IMG/VR virus record: IMGVR_UViG_3300019758_000010
Location: 1 to 46,530 of that record
Direction: 5' to 3' (one strand)
Length of the DNA: 46,530 bases
Source: a virus
Taxonomy: Duplodnaviria > Caudoviricetes
This document shows, piece by piece, positions 26,201 through 36,402 of the stretch; position 1 is the first letter of the stretch, and each line of letters begins with the position of its first letter. Below the pieces are notes generated by a model, which saw nothing but the letters and a program-made list of their open reading frames with translations, had not been told where the DNA came from and made no database searches. The translations under genes were made by a program, and so were the position numbers.

Positions 26201-29121
26201 GCTAGATGATCAGGAATGATTATATCTTTCCCAGTTTCTAATAGATGTTTTAAGAACGATTCTTGATTCTCAGCTTTAGCTTTATTTTCATTCAAGTTGA
26301 ATAAATCTAAGATGTCATTAACATGTTGATCGTATCCTGACTTCTTCAGGTTAGCTTCATTTTTTCTACTTGTTAAAGTCTTAATAAAATCTTTAGCTGT
26401 TCTAATATCTCTTCTAACTTTCAATGACTCTCTAGTTAACTCGTTGTTCAAGATAACTTTTTCCTTGGCCTGGAAAGCTTCATTAGGTTTATTACTTAAT
26501 ATGAAATTATTAGCTTTTCTCTGATTAGATTTAGCACCTTGATTGTACTGAGTAACTGATAAATTACCTACTTTAGTTTTACGGATAATATTCGCAGCAG
26601 AGTTCTTAAGAGTTTGAATTCTAGGTAACGGAAGAGTTACTAAGTTGATTCCTGTTTTAGTCGCAGGCCATTTCTTTTCACGTAAGAACTTCATCTCTTT
26701 TAAATGAAGTCTGTTATCATTATCGAACACTTTATCTAATCTTTCATCGTACGACTTAGATCTAGTTTCGATAACTTGCTGTCTTAACTGTTGAGATTGT
26801 AATTTTCTAGCTTCTACCCTTTCCTTAAGTGTTTTAGAGTTAGCTAATGTTTTTAACATTCCTTGCCAGTCGTCACCGAAACCTGCAAGTGCCGCAGATT
26901 CTTGAGGAGTTATACCACCTTCAACGAAAGCTTTGTTCTTCTTAAGTTTAGGATCGTCAAGGTAAGCTTCTCTAAGATCTTCAGGTAAAAACTTCGGATC
27001 AATTGCCAAAGGGGAAAAATTCTTACGTTTGTGATTAGCTTGAACAACTCCTTTAACAGGTTTGAAAGCAGTCGTTAACTTAATCTCTTTAGCGTCTTGT
27101 TGAAGTTCTAATCTTTTTTGAATTTTCTCATTAGCTCTGACAACTCTATCTTCTATTCGTTGCTCTTTAGTGTCGAAGTCAGATTCAATTTGATTTGAAA
27201 TTTCAATTCTCGCTTCTTCCTGGGCCTGTCTAAAACTCTCAGCTTTTTTATCAGGAACAACACCTTCTACTTCTTCAGTGAAAGGTTTGGATGAAGTTTC
27301 ATATCCTTTTTGACCTACATCATTCACGAAGTCTTTCACATCTTCATTTAAAGACTTCATCAGGTTGACATCTTCCTGAGACAGTTCCTCACCAACGTTT
27401 AACTTGTTAAATAATTCAGTTCTCTTCTCTTCAGATTTACTTAATCTCTCAAGGAAGTTTTTAGACTCTAAAGGATTCGGACCTTCAGGATTAAGTCTCA
27501 TGTACTCTGCAACCGTTGGATGCTCTTTAACAAGCTCTAAGAACTCGTGAGACTCAATAGTGTAATTAGACTCGCTTATCAATGCTTGATTGACATCATT
27601 TTCTTTAATGAGCTGTGCAAGTTCTGGATTAGCTGATTCAATTATTTCAATATCAGACTGAGTGATAACTACGTTATTTATTTTAGCTTCACTTAGAATT
27701 TGTTGTGTCATCTTCTTAGATTGCTCAGGAGATAGTTGACCTAACTTGGTTTCTTTAGAGAGTTCGGAAATAGCGTTAAGTTGTTTCTGAGTAGTTAAAA
27801 TGTCATCTACACCTTTTAAAACTCCTTCACGTTCTTGAAAGTTTTTCAATACATCTGATAACTCTTCAGCAGGTATATCGAATTTCTTAGCTAGTCTTTC
27901 AACTCTCTGATTATTTTCTTCAATTTTTTTAACATTTGTTTTATGAGTTAAAGTACCTACAGTTCCTGGGATTGCTCCACCTGCGAAAGCACCTGTAAGA
28001 CCTGTTTCAAATAATCGTTCCTGAGTTTCTGGTTTACCAAGAGTATTAAAGAAGTTATCTACGAATCCTCCTTCCTTACTTTTAGCGTATTCCTCACCAC
28101 CAATGATTGCCATTTCCGCAGCGATCTCTTCAGCTCCTGAAACACTAGCACTAGAAACCATTGCACCTACTGTATTCATTACAGCTCTTTTACTAGGTGA
28201 TTTGATTATCTCAGCTATTATTTGTTTTCTAGCAATTGCAGAAATTCCTTTACCTAATGCCTTACCTGTAAAGAATTCTAAAGTACCTGCAGTAGCTCCT
28301 ACAGTACGAGAGATATTTAATCTTTCATCTCTACTTAATTCGATCGGATTACCTTCATCGTCTTTTAAATCTTTTAACGTTAACCACATGTCATTAACAG
28401 TTTGATTATAAGCATGTAAACCTAAAGCAGTAGCAACACCTGTACCGAAACCTGTACTAGCTCCACCACCTGCTCCTGCAATCGTTCCTATTACAGGCAA
28501 CGCTACAGTTCCGCCTGTCGCTCCTACACCTGCTCCGATAGCTGTAGAACCTGCAATGACAGCTTTATGATCCATAATACCGTCAACCATATCAGTGATA
28601 ACTTTACCTGCATTACCTAATAGTTTTTCACCTGCACTAAGATCTGCGAATTGTGCTTGAATTTCGTTTCGTTCGTTAACTAGTCTGTCAAGTTCTAACT
28701 CTTCCTCTTCAGTTATCTCTCCAGAAATGTCTAAATCAGTTAATTCACTGATAGGATCATCTAAGTCTCCAGATGTGAAAAGGTTGTACTGAATATGATC
28801 TGCAATTCGACCTACCTTATCCCATATACCTACATCTTCTTTCACAGCATTAGTTTGATCTTTATTTTCAGCCATGTAATTTTTAACAGTAGGATGAATT
28901 TGAGCAGGAGTACGTTTAGAAGTTTCATACTCTTTATCTAATTCACTTTTAGTAACATTATAATCATCTACAGGTACGTTGAAATAATCAGCTCTATCTA
29001 AATTTTGAATAGACTCCTGGGCCGTACCTCCATCTGAATAATCATTCAAAGATCTTATATCGTTATCTGTATCTTCACCAAGAAAGTTCACACCTTCTAC
29101 TTCTCTAGCTTCTTCTGCCAT
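23230..29121 (-). CDS. Large internal virion (ejection) protein with C-terminal transglycosylase-like domain
   Basis: 1963 aa; Gly/Ala hydrophobic stretches; AAGIYQFTEERW near the C-terminus; position after the tail tubes. Confidence 0.8.
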   Translation of the reverse strand: MAEEAREVEGVNFLGEDTDNDIRSLNDYSDGGTAQESIQNLDRADYFNVPVDDYNVTKSELDKEYETSKRTPAQIHPTVKNYMAENKDQTNAVKEDVGIWDKVGRIADHIQYNLFTSGDLDDPISELTDLDISGEITEEEELELDRLVNERNEIQAQFADLSAGEKLLGNAGKVITDMVDGIMDHKAVIAGSTAIGAGVGATGGTVALPVIGTIAGAGGGASTGFGTGVATALGLHAYNQTVNDMWLTLKDLKDDEGNPIELSRDERLNISRTVGATAGTLEFFTGKALGKGISAIARKQIIAEIIKSPSKRAVMNTVGAMVSSASVSGAEEIAAEMAIIGGEEYAKSKEGGFVDNFFNTLGKPETQERLFETGLTGAFAGGAIPGTVGTLTHKTNVKKIEENNQRVERLAKKFDIPAEELSDVLKNFQEREGVLKGVDDILTTQKQLNAISELSKETKLGQLSPEQSKKMTQQILSEAKINNVVITQSDIEIIESANPELAQLIKENDVNQALISESNYTIESHEFLELVKEHPTVAEYMRLNPEGPNPLESKNFLERLSKSEEKRTELFNKLNVGEELSQEDVNLMKSLNEDVKDFVNDVGQKGYETSSKPFTEEVEGVVPDKKAESFRQAQEEARIEISNQIESDFDTKEQRIEDRVVRANEKIQKRLELQQDAKEIKLTTAFKPVKGVVQANHKRKNFSPLAIDPKFLPEDLREAYLDDPKLKKNKAFVEGGITPQESAALAGFGDDWQGMLKTLANSKTLKERVEARKLQSQQLRQQVIETRSKSYDERLDKVFDNDNRLHLKEMKFLREKKWPATKTGINLVTLPLPRIQTLKNSAANIIRKTKVGNLSVTQYNQGAKSNQRKANNFILSNKPNEAFQAKEKVILNNELTRESLKVRRDIRTAKDFIKTLTSRKNEANLKKSGYDQHVNDILDLFNLNENKAKAENQESFLKHLLETGKDIIIPDHLADIRERGDNLTTEQFLAITDHLKSLNHQSKHMNKLLRMQDAIETKNQVLSEEALVSDLASDLETHHLDYDEKRLRKIRNRNSMSFKDHTFEFIGTINASLNNPKNIALQLDREQLNGKHNEAILGKMVESESKSRNLNSDVMNQIKKIADDYGQEKFDRAFNEFVDVPEFKGFLALGDGKIQKSDLWTLLMYMGDPDSKARIKNFVNESGDFMSLDTMQFILDTHLDESDAKLAQNFTNIFKSFEKESFDLHKRTTGVEPKMITGVPVIHRGRVTEGGYVPNNFLKTSADESITRFIEVMGDKVSGMFGGKSDNKLYSKLRAAEQTEQGRFISRKKNTTRELDTNFRNIISAYEETIHDLSYRESGMDTLKLLRNPVYAKSIQATVGEAKYNTMVNSVIEVVGKDSDIFLDNETMSTLSKGFNHLKTGQVVGLLGFNPSSILMQPLSLSAATLRMGNTGGKYLAKSLSQTLKHVGTADYQKLWDEAVLINPDIKLNRDAVDDSLTATMSDVLPKKGNKLSRARDWVTETSLLGLKHLDVHIKVAVSNAAYTQFVNGDVKGFNRDKLNSMSQEDINLQAKKYVKQISDLALTTSATIDKSALEKVAAMKLFTMFYTDVRSQLLTGFSQTRKIKQSLKLQDYGQAMKDTTSMIMVMSLANMYQEAVYRTVNPGREIDDETPWDEMKNVEDLGTLMTFLGSTASYGLKSAIEAPLGSIPLVRDIKFATQGFKQDKTARTLGAKFITDVANGLVGAGALLTGDGLTRKQFQGLWYTAAGAAGGGIPVNGPRKINNMLKGYADIDLTSIPSTLSIMTDDVLDKIDNAKEDASPEKLQTLEGLEDEVSNALPRDMKSVEITADMIDKQALSKPFELNETTGAAGIYQFTEERWNELAERYPDLELTDDGRISSDTSEQDLAMYQSMKENGEVLQEYSVPVNDRTLFGSHRFGALEYTAIHLSKSSEKLNDLGLEGKLFDGFTTVKQVKDFINKEMD

Positions 29122-30850
29122 CTCTCTTCCTTCTTAATTCTTTTAAAGCGTCGTCTCTACCTTTCGTCTGAGCTTGATTATCTGTTTTAAGTTGTTCTCT
29201 TAATTTATCAAATGCTCTTGAGTCTGAAGATCTTCTTCTCCTTCTCTCAAGTATTCCACTCACTCTCATTCGCTTGATTAGTGACTCTACTCTATCTTGA
29301 ATATCTTTACGTTCAATGTTCGGATTCTCAGAAAACTCTGTGGTAATCATAGTTCTAACTTTAGACATGATCTCTTTACTATCATCGTCTAATTTACCCC
29401 AATCGTAATCTAAATCTCCTTCGTTACTTAGAGTATCCTGTGCGAGTTTATTTGCAAAGTTAACATTAGCAATGAACGATTTCGATTCACCTGTCTGCAT
29501 TTCTTCCCACATTCTTCTATAACGATCCCTGTCCACCTGTCTCAGTGAAGCTGTCAGTTTACTTACTTCACCTGCAGACATATTCTGAAACGTATTCTCA
29601 CCGTCAAAAATAGTGTTCTGAACGTTTACGATATCTTTAGGTTTACTTGTCGCCGGTGGTTTAGAAACCTGCTTAAAAAGCGATTTCTTATCGTTAGGTG
29701 ACATCTCATCTTCAAGACCTTTGAAGACAGGGTTATTAACTAAGTCTTCCTTGGTAAGTATAGGTTGACCTGCTTTCTCTAATTTAGTCAGCTCATCGAA
29801 CATTGTATTATAGTTACGATCGAATTTAATCTTACGCTGTCTTTCACGGTGAATCGTTCTTCCGGCCTGGATATCTCTCATCTTATCTCTGAGGCGACCG
29901 TCAGGTTCCTCGTTGATCTTCTTATTGATATCAGCGTCAGTCATCCCTCTATAAGAATCTAACTTAGCGTAGGCCGTATCACTTCTCTGAGTTCTTTCAC
30001 TCTTCTCTTTAATTTTTACAACTTGCTTTCCGTTTAGATAACCCTTGTAACGTTCTTGCATTAACTTAGCATTGTCTAATTGACCAGCGTTGATTAAATT
30101 TTTAATTGAAGTCGAAACACCTTCACTCATTTCTTTCGCCATCATAAGCTTGGCGTTATCATTCAAATTAACTTTAGTAACAGTTCCGTCTTCATCAGTG
30201 TAAAGATGAGTCCACGATTTAGCGTCAGGATCTAACTTAGTAGCACTTCCATTTTCTAAAGATCTTTTAGCGATTAAAGTTCTAATCTCATTTAAGTTAG
30301 TATCGAAAGGTGAGAATGAACTCGGATCATCTTTACGAATATAACCTGCATTGACTGATAAGTTATTCTTCTTAAGTTTAACAGTCGAATTAAAAAGATT
30401 GTTCTTATACGTTTCAATTTGCATTCCACGTTGCTTAAGGGTTCTAATCCTTTGAGAGTCTTGAACCTTTGCTAAGTTCCCTCTCAAATGTCTCTTCACT
30501 CTTTCACTTGCGTCAGCTCTGTTATTAAGAATTCCATCGAACTTTTCTTGAGCGTCTATTTCATATTGAGCGTAAGCATCTGTAGGATCACCTTTAAAAG
30601 TTTTCAACTCTTGAAGTTTCTGAACATTCCATTCTGAATACTCTTGTTCAGCTTCATTACTAAGTTGAGAAATCTTATCATCTTCAAACTGTTGGAATAA
30701 ATCTGCACCTTGATTTACCAAGGAAGTCGCAGCTTGAGTTTGCGTTTGAATAAGTGGAGCTTGACTAGTTGCCTGACCTTGAATTCTAGTATTAGTAGGT
30801 TGAGCAGGACTAGGAGTAATTCTCTGTAGTCTTGGTATTTGCACTGCCAT
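29105..30850 (-). CDS. Internal virion (ejection) protein
   Basis: 581 aa, helical; position equivalent to T7 gp15. Confidence 0.7.
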   Translation of the reverse strand: MAVQIPRLQRITPSPAQPTNTRIQGQATSQAPLIQTQTQAATSLVNQGADLFQQFEDDKISQLSNEAEQEYSEWNVQKLQELKTFKGDPTDAYAQYEIDAQEKFDGILNNRADASERVKRHLRGNLAKVQDSQRIRTLKQRGMQIETYKNNLFNSTVKLKKNNLSVNAGYIRKDDPSSFSPFDTNLNEIRTLIAKRSLENGSATKLDPDAKSWTHLYTDEDGTVTKVNLNDNAKLMMAKEMSEGVSTSIKNLINAGQLDNAKLMQERYKGYLNGKQVVKIKEKSERTQRSDTAYAKLDSYRGMTDADINKKINEEPDGRLRDKMRDIQAGRTIHRERQRKIKFDRNYNTMFDELTKLEKAGQPILTKEDLVNNPVFKGLEDEMSPNDKKSLFKQVSKPPATSKPKDIVNVQNTIFDGENTFQNMSAGEVSKLTASLRQVDRDRYRRMWEEMQTGESKSFIANVNFANKLAQDTLSNEGDLDYDWGKLDDDSKEIMSKVRTMITTEFSENPNIERKDIQDRVESLIKRMRVSGILERRRRRSSDSRAFDKLREQLKTDNQAQTKGRDDALKELRRKRDGRRS

Positions 30851-31341
30851 TATAAACTCCTTCTATATCCTGTTATCCCAGTGTTAGCTGCTTGAGTTAA
30901 CCCTTGAATTTGTGTTTGTTTGGCCTGGACTTTAGCTCTGGAAGCTTGAAGATATCCGCTTAAACTATATTGCCTCGCTTGTTGCTGATAACCTAAAGAT
31001 TGCTCTTGCGCTCTCTTTTCGATTTCCATCTTATTCAACTCACCTAGAAACTTAGTTTCCTTTTGAATTTCTGCTGCAGATCCGAAAGTCACATCGACAT
31101 CAGCAGCAGTTAAACTCGCTTGCTGCTCAGAGAGTGTAGCATCAATTACCGATTGATATCTAGCTACTTCTGAAACACCTTCCAATTCCGCATCGTAAGC
31201 GTCTAATTCAGCGAATTCCGCATTCATTTCAGCAATGTCTTGATTAAGTCTAGCTGTTTCTTTCATGTTCTCAGCGGCGAAATAAGACCCTGCTAATTGA
31301 ATCGCTGCCATTCCACCGTATAAAGCTGCTTGTGCTGCCAT
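30850..31341 (-). CDS. Small internal virion protein (T7 gp14-like position)
   Basis: Ala/Gln-rich, hydrophobic N-terminus, AADVDV.FGSA motif. Confidence 0.7.
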   Translation of the reverse strand: MAAQAALYGGMAAIQLAGSYFAAENMKETARLNQDIAEMNAEFAELDAYDAELEGVSEVARYQSVIDATLSEQQASLTAADVDVTFGSAAEIQKETKFLGELNKMEIEKRAQEQSLGYQQQARQYSLSGYLQASRAKVQAKQTQIQGLTQAANTGITGYRRSL

Positions 31342-33788
31342 TATCTGTTACTCCTGTTAAGTACTTCAACATCTGGGATAATTGAAAGTATTTCAAAGTG
31401 TAAAGGATCTACTTGTCTAATTGACATTTGACCGTTCGAATCCCACATACCCGGAAGTATTTGTTCGAACCTAGTAGACACCGGTTGATTATATCTGTTA
31501 GCTGTAATGTCGAATCCATCAGGAACGTAATTACGATGCAGATCTTCCATGTCTTTTACTGTAGACCCATCGACTTCACCTTTCTTTTCTTCAGGGAATT
31601 CATTACTGATATACATTCCTCTCGATTCATGAATTCTTAAATAAACCTTATCAACTACCAAAGACTCAATTAAAGTTGGACTCTGAGCAACTGTAGAAAT
31701 GTTTAAAGTTTTAATGTCTGCAGTAATAGGACGACCTACAACTACTATAGCTCCACGTTCATTATCAGGAAGAGTTATCTGACCACCTGTTACTGTTAAC
31801 GTCGGGTAAGTTTCATGATCGTTATTAGGAGAAGCTAAAACATATCCGTCAGAGAATACACTTACAGATTCACCTTCAAGATGATCAAGTCCGTCAATAA
31901 CATTAAACGTTTCATATAATCTAAAACCTGAAGCTTGACCTTCAGGAAATTCAGAAAGAGGTTCTACAGTTACTTCATTATCATTAGCTCTCGCTTTGAC
32001 TTCTAAATCGACTATACTTCTGTCAGTAGTGTCGAAAAATCTCAAAACTGTTCCGACATCTCCCAGGCCTGGAGTCGGGAAAAGCCCAGAAGTACCACAT
32101 GTTAAAGTTAAGTCTCCATCCCACACTCCGGGAGTAACAGGGACAACTGTAAACACATCGTTACCTGTAAGAGTTAAAAGATTACTTTTAGTTTTAACTG
32201 CATCCATGAAAGAATTTAAAGCCAGCTTATCTGCTTCACTATTCGATTCGAAAACATCTGCAGGAACTCTTCTTGGTAAACTTACTTCTATATATCTATT
32301 TCCGTTTTTATTAGTTACGAAAAAAGTAGAGTCTGCTATTCCACTCCCTTCAACTTGTTCAACAGGATACACAGAGTCATGTCTAGTCCAAGCTCTCATT
32401 TGATGTTCAAAGTTATAAGTGAACGTCGCCATCGTCCCGTCTGTAAATGTCACGATGATTAAAGGAGTGACACCACTTTGAAAGGCCCAGGACTTTATAG
32501 TTCTTCGTCTAAATAAATGATCACTGAAAATAGTATGATCAACAGTTTGATAAGTTAGATTATTTTGTGAGAAAGTTAATTGTTTAATAGAGTTAGTAGA
32601 TTTATCAACGAAGAATACTCCACCCGGAACTGCCAAAGGAGGAAGTCTCTCATCGATAACCCAATCACCTTTTTTCTCCATCGCTACGTTGTTAATACTT
32701 AAAGTACCTACGTTAACGTAGACTCCTACTGAAGTGAAAACAATCAATCCGTCATTTTCAATAATTCTTAAAACTTTAGCTTTACCTGTAGTTCCTGATT
32801 TAAACTGTAAAGCTGAGTCAGCATCATACGGAAAGTCACGATAGAAATTATTTTTATATCCAGGCCTGGAAGCGAGAATTGCTTCTTCATCATCTTCAGT
32901 AGTAATTAATAATCGCTGTTGATAAATTGCCCCGGTCTTTCCATTTAAATCTTCTATAGCTTCATCGTAAAGACCACCTTTAGTAATTAAAGAAGGAGGA
33001 CCATTTGTGAAGTCTGCGAGAGAACCTACATCTGTGAAACTAGCGATGAAACCTATTCCACCTGCAGAAATTTCTGTAGTACTACCAAGATAACCGAAAG
33101 CACCTCCGCCATCAGGTCTCCTATAAACTCTAACTTCTTCAGGGGCTACAACACCACTAGGAGTTCCTGTCCCTGTCATTTGAATATTTAAAGTATTACT
33201 GTGAGTAGGAGCATCAGGTTTAAGGAACGATCCTGTTATGATAGCTCCTTCAGTTTCTTGACCGCTTTTAATCGCAGTAGCAAAATATTGAACAGGATAG
33301 CCTGCAGGAGGTCCGACTGTACTAGAACTAGTAAGCGTAGATACAGGACCAGTCTCTAAAGAGAAAAGTTGAGCTGCAGCTGTAATTACACTAACACCTT
33401 GAAAAGCGATAGGAGCTTTACCTGCTACAAATAAATAAGTAATAGTTGAACTAGGAACGAAGTGGATATTAGGTAAATCAGCAGCTAAATAAGGGTGAGT
33501 CGTTTCAGTTTGAAAGACTCCGTTCTTATCGTAAAATCTCACATAACCTGGACCCCATTCAGTAAGATTTTGAAAGTTCTCATCGAAATGAATTCGGATA
33601 GCTTCGTTATCATTTTTCGATTTCACAAAATGCGCTCTAGAAAAACGAGTTAACACTGATCCTGTTTTCCCAATGACAACATTCCTAGCAGTTGCTAGAC
33701 CTTTTTTAAATTTTTCAAGAGTGACACGATCATGAAGTATAGGATCCAATTCACCACTTGAAAAACTCATCATAGACTTAAGCGCCAT
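31341..33788 (-). CDS. Tail tubular protein B / nozzle
   Basis: SFSSGELDP.L..R, YQQRL, AWTRH; 815 aa beta-rich. Confidence 0.88.
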   Translation of the reverse strand: MALKSMMSFSSGELDPILHDRVTLEKFKKGLATARNVVIGKTGSVLTRFSRAHFVKSKNDNEAIRIHFDENFQNLTEWGPGYVRFYDKNGVFQTETTHPYLAADLPNIHFVPSSTITYLFVAGKAPIAFQGVSVITAAAQLFSLETGPVSTLTSSSTVGPPAGYPVQYFATAIKSGQETEGAIITGSFLKPDAPTHSNTLNIQMTGTGTPSGVVAPEEVRVYRRPDGGGAFGYLGSTTEISAGGIGFIASFTDVGSLADFTNGPPSLITKGGLYDEAIEDLNGKTGAIYQQRLLITTEDDEEAILASRPGYKNNFYRDFPYDADSALQFKSGTTGKAKVLRIIENDGLIVFTSVGVYVNVGTLSINNVAMEKKGDWVIDERLPPLAVPGGVFFVDKSTNSIKQLTFSQNNLTYQTVDHTIFSDHLFRRRTIKSWAFQSGVTPLIIVTFTDGTMATFTYNFEHQMRAWTRHDSVYPVEQVEGSGIADSTFFVTNKNGNRYIEVSLPRRVPADVFESNSEADKLALNSFMDAVKTKSNLLTLTGNDVFTVVPVTPGVWDGDLTLTCGTSGLFPTPGLGDVGTVLRFFDTTDRSIVDLEVKARANDNEVTVEPLSEFPEGQASGFRLYETFNVIDGLDHLEGESVSVFSDGYVLASPNNDHETYPTLTVTGGQITLPDNERGAIVVVGRPITADIKTLNISTVAQSPTLIESLVVDKVYLRIHESRGMYISNEFPEEKKGEVDGSTVKDMEDLHRNYVPDGFDITANRYNQPVSTRFEQILPGMWDSNGQMSIRQVDPLHFEILSIIPDVEVLNRSNR

Positions 33789-34405
33789 TACGATAACCTC
33801 ACTTCTACGAATTCAGATCTCTGCCAATCAGTTTCATAATTGAAATTCTCACGAGCATCATTCTCCTGAGCATCACTCTTGGTAAGTGTATAGAGTTCTA
33901 AAATATCCCTTCTAAGAGTCTTAGCTCCTTTACCTACTATAAGAGGCGCAGAAAGAAACGCAAGCCTATAAGCGATACATAAAGCTGTCATAGAACCAAG
34001 ATGAGCTAAATTAACATCTTCAGGAATTAATTCCGCTATAGCATTAACTTCATTAGTGAAAATTACTTTTTGATTTTTGTACATTTTCACTTTTTTAGGA
34101 ATGTGAGAAGTTCTATTATCGATTTCACACCCTGATTTAATTCGTCTGAAGAAAGAACAATCTGAAGGATATTTATAAACATAAGTCCATGGACCTTCAC
34201 TTAAAGTCTCTAATAACTCTAAAGTCACTTCTTCAGAAGTCGAATCCAGATCTAAATCTTGTAATGTACTTTGAATTGCAGTGTCGTAGTGAACGTTAAG
34301 AATTTTTACTTCACGATCTTTACTGGTCTCAACGTTATCGACTTCACGAGATAGAAGTAAAGCCGATAATGCTAAGTTGTAGATTTTTGTTTTTGAAAAA
34401 GACAT
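33788..34405 (-). CDS. Tail tubular protein A / adaptor
   Basis: IYNLALSAL, W.YVYKYPSDC, IAYRLA..AP. Confidence 0.85.
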   Translation of the reverse strand: MSFSKTKIYNLALSALLLSREVDNVETSKDREVKILNVHYDTAIQSTLQDLDLDSTSEEVTLELLETLSEGPWTYVYKYPSDCSFFRRIKSGCEIDNRTSHIPKKVKMYKNQKVIFTNEVNAIAELIPEDVNLAHLGSMTALCIAYRLAFLSAPLIVGKGAKTLRRDILELYTLTKSDAQENDARENFNYETDWQRSEFVEVRLS

Positions 34406-34433
34406 TAAATAACCTCGCTGTTAAAAGCGAAAG

Positions 34434-34856
34434 TTATTCTTCTTTTTTCGCCTTTTTTTTGTTCTCAAAGAACTTGATTCTTTCTTTTTCGATAGCAGAA
34501 TCTTTACATTCCATCCACTCACCTAATTTTTCAAAAGAACCTACTATGAAAGAGTCACCTAACTCTCTTCTTTGCTGACCGTAAAACCCAGCTCTAGTAG
34601 CAGTAACTTCAATCCCTTTAATAGATTTTAAACTTACTTCTACTGTATTGTCGATAGTATTCTTACCATCTTCAATAACAGGTTTAACTTCTTCTTCATG
34701 TGAAGGAGTCTCTAAATTCTTCTCACCTTCAACAGGTGAAGACTCCGAAGAATTTTCACCTGCTGAAGAAGAAATATGAACACTATCAGAACCATTTACA
34801 GGAAGGACAGAATCATTCTTTGTTTCAATTGTCGGCATAGCTGGCATTTTTGACAT
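34434..34856 (-). CDS. Hypothetical head-module protein
   Basis: Disordered N-terminus, then V.ATRAGFY...R..GDSF......WM. Confidence 0.7.
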   Translation of the reverse strand: MSKMPAMPTIETKNDSVLPVNGSDSVHISSSAGENSSESSPVEGEKNLETPSHEEEVKPVIEDGKNTIDNTVEVSLKSIKGIEVTATRAGFYGQQRRELGDSFIVGSFEKLGEWMECKDSAIEKERIKFFENKKKAKKEE

Positions 34857-34857
34857 C

Positions 34858-35295
34858 TTACACCTCAGCCTTGTTTACTTTAACGAAAGACTTATACTCA
34901 GCGATTTCATCTTGAGGAACAAGATAAACATCAGCAGTTAGAGTAGTTGTACCACCTGTAGCAGTATGTCTAAACCCTAAGTATTTCCTATTCATTACAC
35001 CTTGAGGAATAGGTAGTTCCACTTCGTCACCTAAAGTAAGAGCAGCAGCAAGAGCTGTAACAGTACCAAGAACTTCAACGTTAGAAGTAAGAGCAGCGTC
35101 ATCAGCTTGAATTACTTCTAAAGTATGTGTTGAACCTGCACCTGCAGCGACAGTAGGTAGAATAAGTAATGCAAGTCTACGACCGATACTTATATCTTGA
35201 GCAGCAGTTTGCTTCTCGTATGAATTTGTAGAAACAGTAGCAGCACCTGTAAAGGCCTGTTCAACTGAGAGTTGGTTTTCTTTATCGAATCTCAT
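34858..35295 (-). CDS. Bbp16-like capsid cement/decoration protein
   Basis: M.FDKEN.LS..QA......STN, DI.IG, RKYLG; follows the capsid gene; GGAGG RBS. Confidence 0.8.
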   Translation of the reverse strand: MRFDKENQLSVEQAFTGAATVSTNSYEKQTAAQDISIGRRLALLILPTVAAGAGSTHTLEVIQADDAALTSNVEVLGTVTALAAALTLGDEVELPIPQGVMNRKYLGFRHTATGGTTTLTADVYLVPQDEIAEYKSFVKVNKAEV

Positions 35296-35320
35296 GGTTT
35301 TCCTCCAGAAAATTGTTTTT

Positions 35321-35348
35321 AAAAAATTAAGGAGTCCGAAGACTCCTT
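35321..35348 (-). terminator. Hairpin with C(UUCG)G tetraloop after the major capsid gene
   Basis: AAGGAGTC-TTCG-GACTCCTT-AATTTTTT on the minus strand. Confidence 0.85.
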
Positions 35349-35356
35349 GTCAATTA

Positions 35357-36382
35357 TTAAACAGTTACTTGTGCTTCACTATTTAATAGAGCGTCCATTC
35401 TACGGATTGGATCACCTAGGAAAGTAAGGATTTGCTTACCTTCAAAGTTTTCGAAACTTAATCCGCCACCTGCACCAACTTTAGTTAACGCTTGCTTATG
35501 AAGATGAGCTTCAATAGTTCTGTTAACATACCATACACCGTTTCCGTTGTTTAGGTCGTCGATCTTATAGTTAGCTGAAATCATAAGATCGATAAGATCA
35601 GCAGCTCCAACACCTGATTTCAGGTTTGAAACGTCGATGTTAGCGATACGAGCAGCTTGTCTGTAATCTTTAACTACAAGTCCGTGATCAGTCATGAACT
35701 CTTCTTCATAACCCCAGAAGTTACCCGGGTTTCCATTCTCGTCAAGACCTGGGATCTGAACAAGCTTTCCACCTTTTGAGTGATCTTCTCTTTTAAGTCC
35801 CGCAGTTGTCCCTTTTGGATAAACACCAAAAACTGATCTTTCTCCGAAGTGAACCTTAAGAATTGAACAGTTATCAGAACCAGTTCCACCTGCATCGACG
35901 ATCTGATTAGATGTCTCTTCAGTTGGATCAAGTGTTGAATAAATGTCGAAGAAACCTGCAACTTTTCTATTAGATGAAACAGGTGAACCGTAAATCATAA
36001 GATCTGCAAGTTCATTTGCTTGAGCTTGGATATGCCCTTGAGCTTGATTCCATCTGTTATAAGGTACACGATCCATTCCACCACGTTCTGCAACAGCACG
36101 ATCGATTTGTGATTTCGACTCGAAGTGAGCTGCTGTAAAAGTTCTCTCTTCGATTGTACTTTTACCTGCTGGAATTGGTTGGTTAGCTTTTCTATAATAT
36201 ACTTTAGGAAGTGCTGAACGGATGTCTTCTTTATGAATCGTCCCTTCGTTCATTTCCATGTAAGGCATATCGTTTAACATAGCATTGTGTCTTACTAGAA
36301 CCTCTGCTACTTTTCCGATTTGTTTATTTTTACTCTTCGAAACATCTAAAAGAGTAAGTAAGTTTGAACCTAAAGCTGGCAT
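35357..36382 (-). CDS. Major capsid protein (BPP-1 Bbp17-like)
   Basis: LTLLD, N.ML.DMP..E.N, GLVVKDYR..ARIANID, IRR.DALLNSEA.V; GGAGG RBS. Confidence 0.92.
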   Translation of the reverse strand: MPALGSNLLTLLDVSKSKNKQIGKVAEVLVRHNAMLNDMPYMEMNEGTIHKEDIRSALPKVYYRKANQPIPAGKSTIEERTFTAAHFESKSQIDRAVAERGGMDRVPYNRWNQAQGHIQAQANELADLMIYGSPVSSNRKVAGFFDIYSTLDPTEETSNQIVDAGGTGSDNCSILKVHFGERSVFGVYPKGTTAGLKREDHSKGGKLVQIPGLDENGNPGNFWGYEEEFMTDHGLVVKDYRQAARIANIDVSNLKSGVGAADLIDLMISANYKIDDLNNGNGVWYVNRTIEAHLHKQALTKVGAGGGLSFENFEGKQILTFLGDPIRRMDALLNSEAQVTV

Positions 36383-36402
36383 GTATTACCTCCAAAAAAT
36401 TA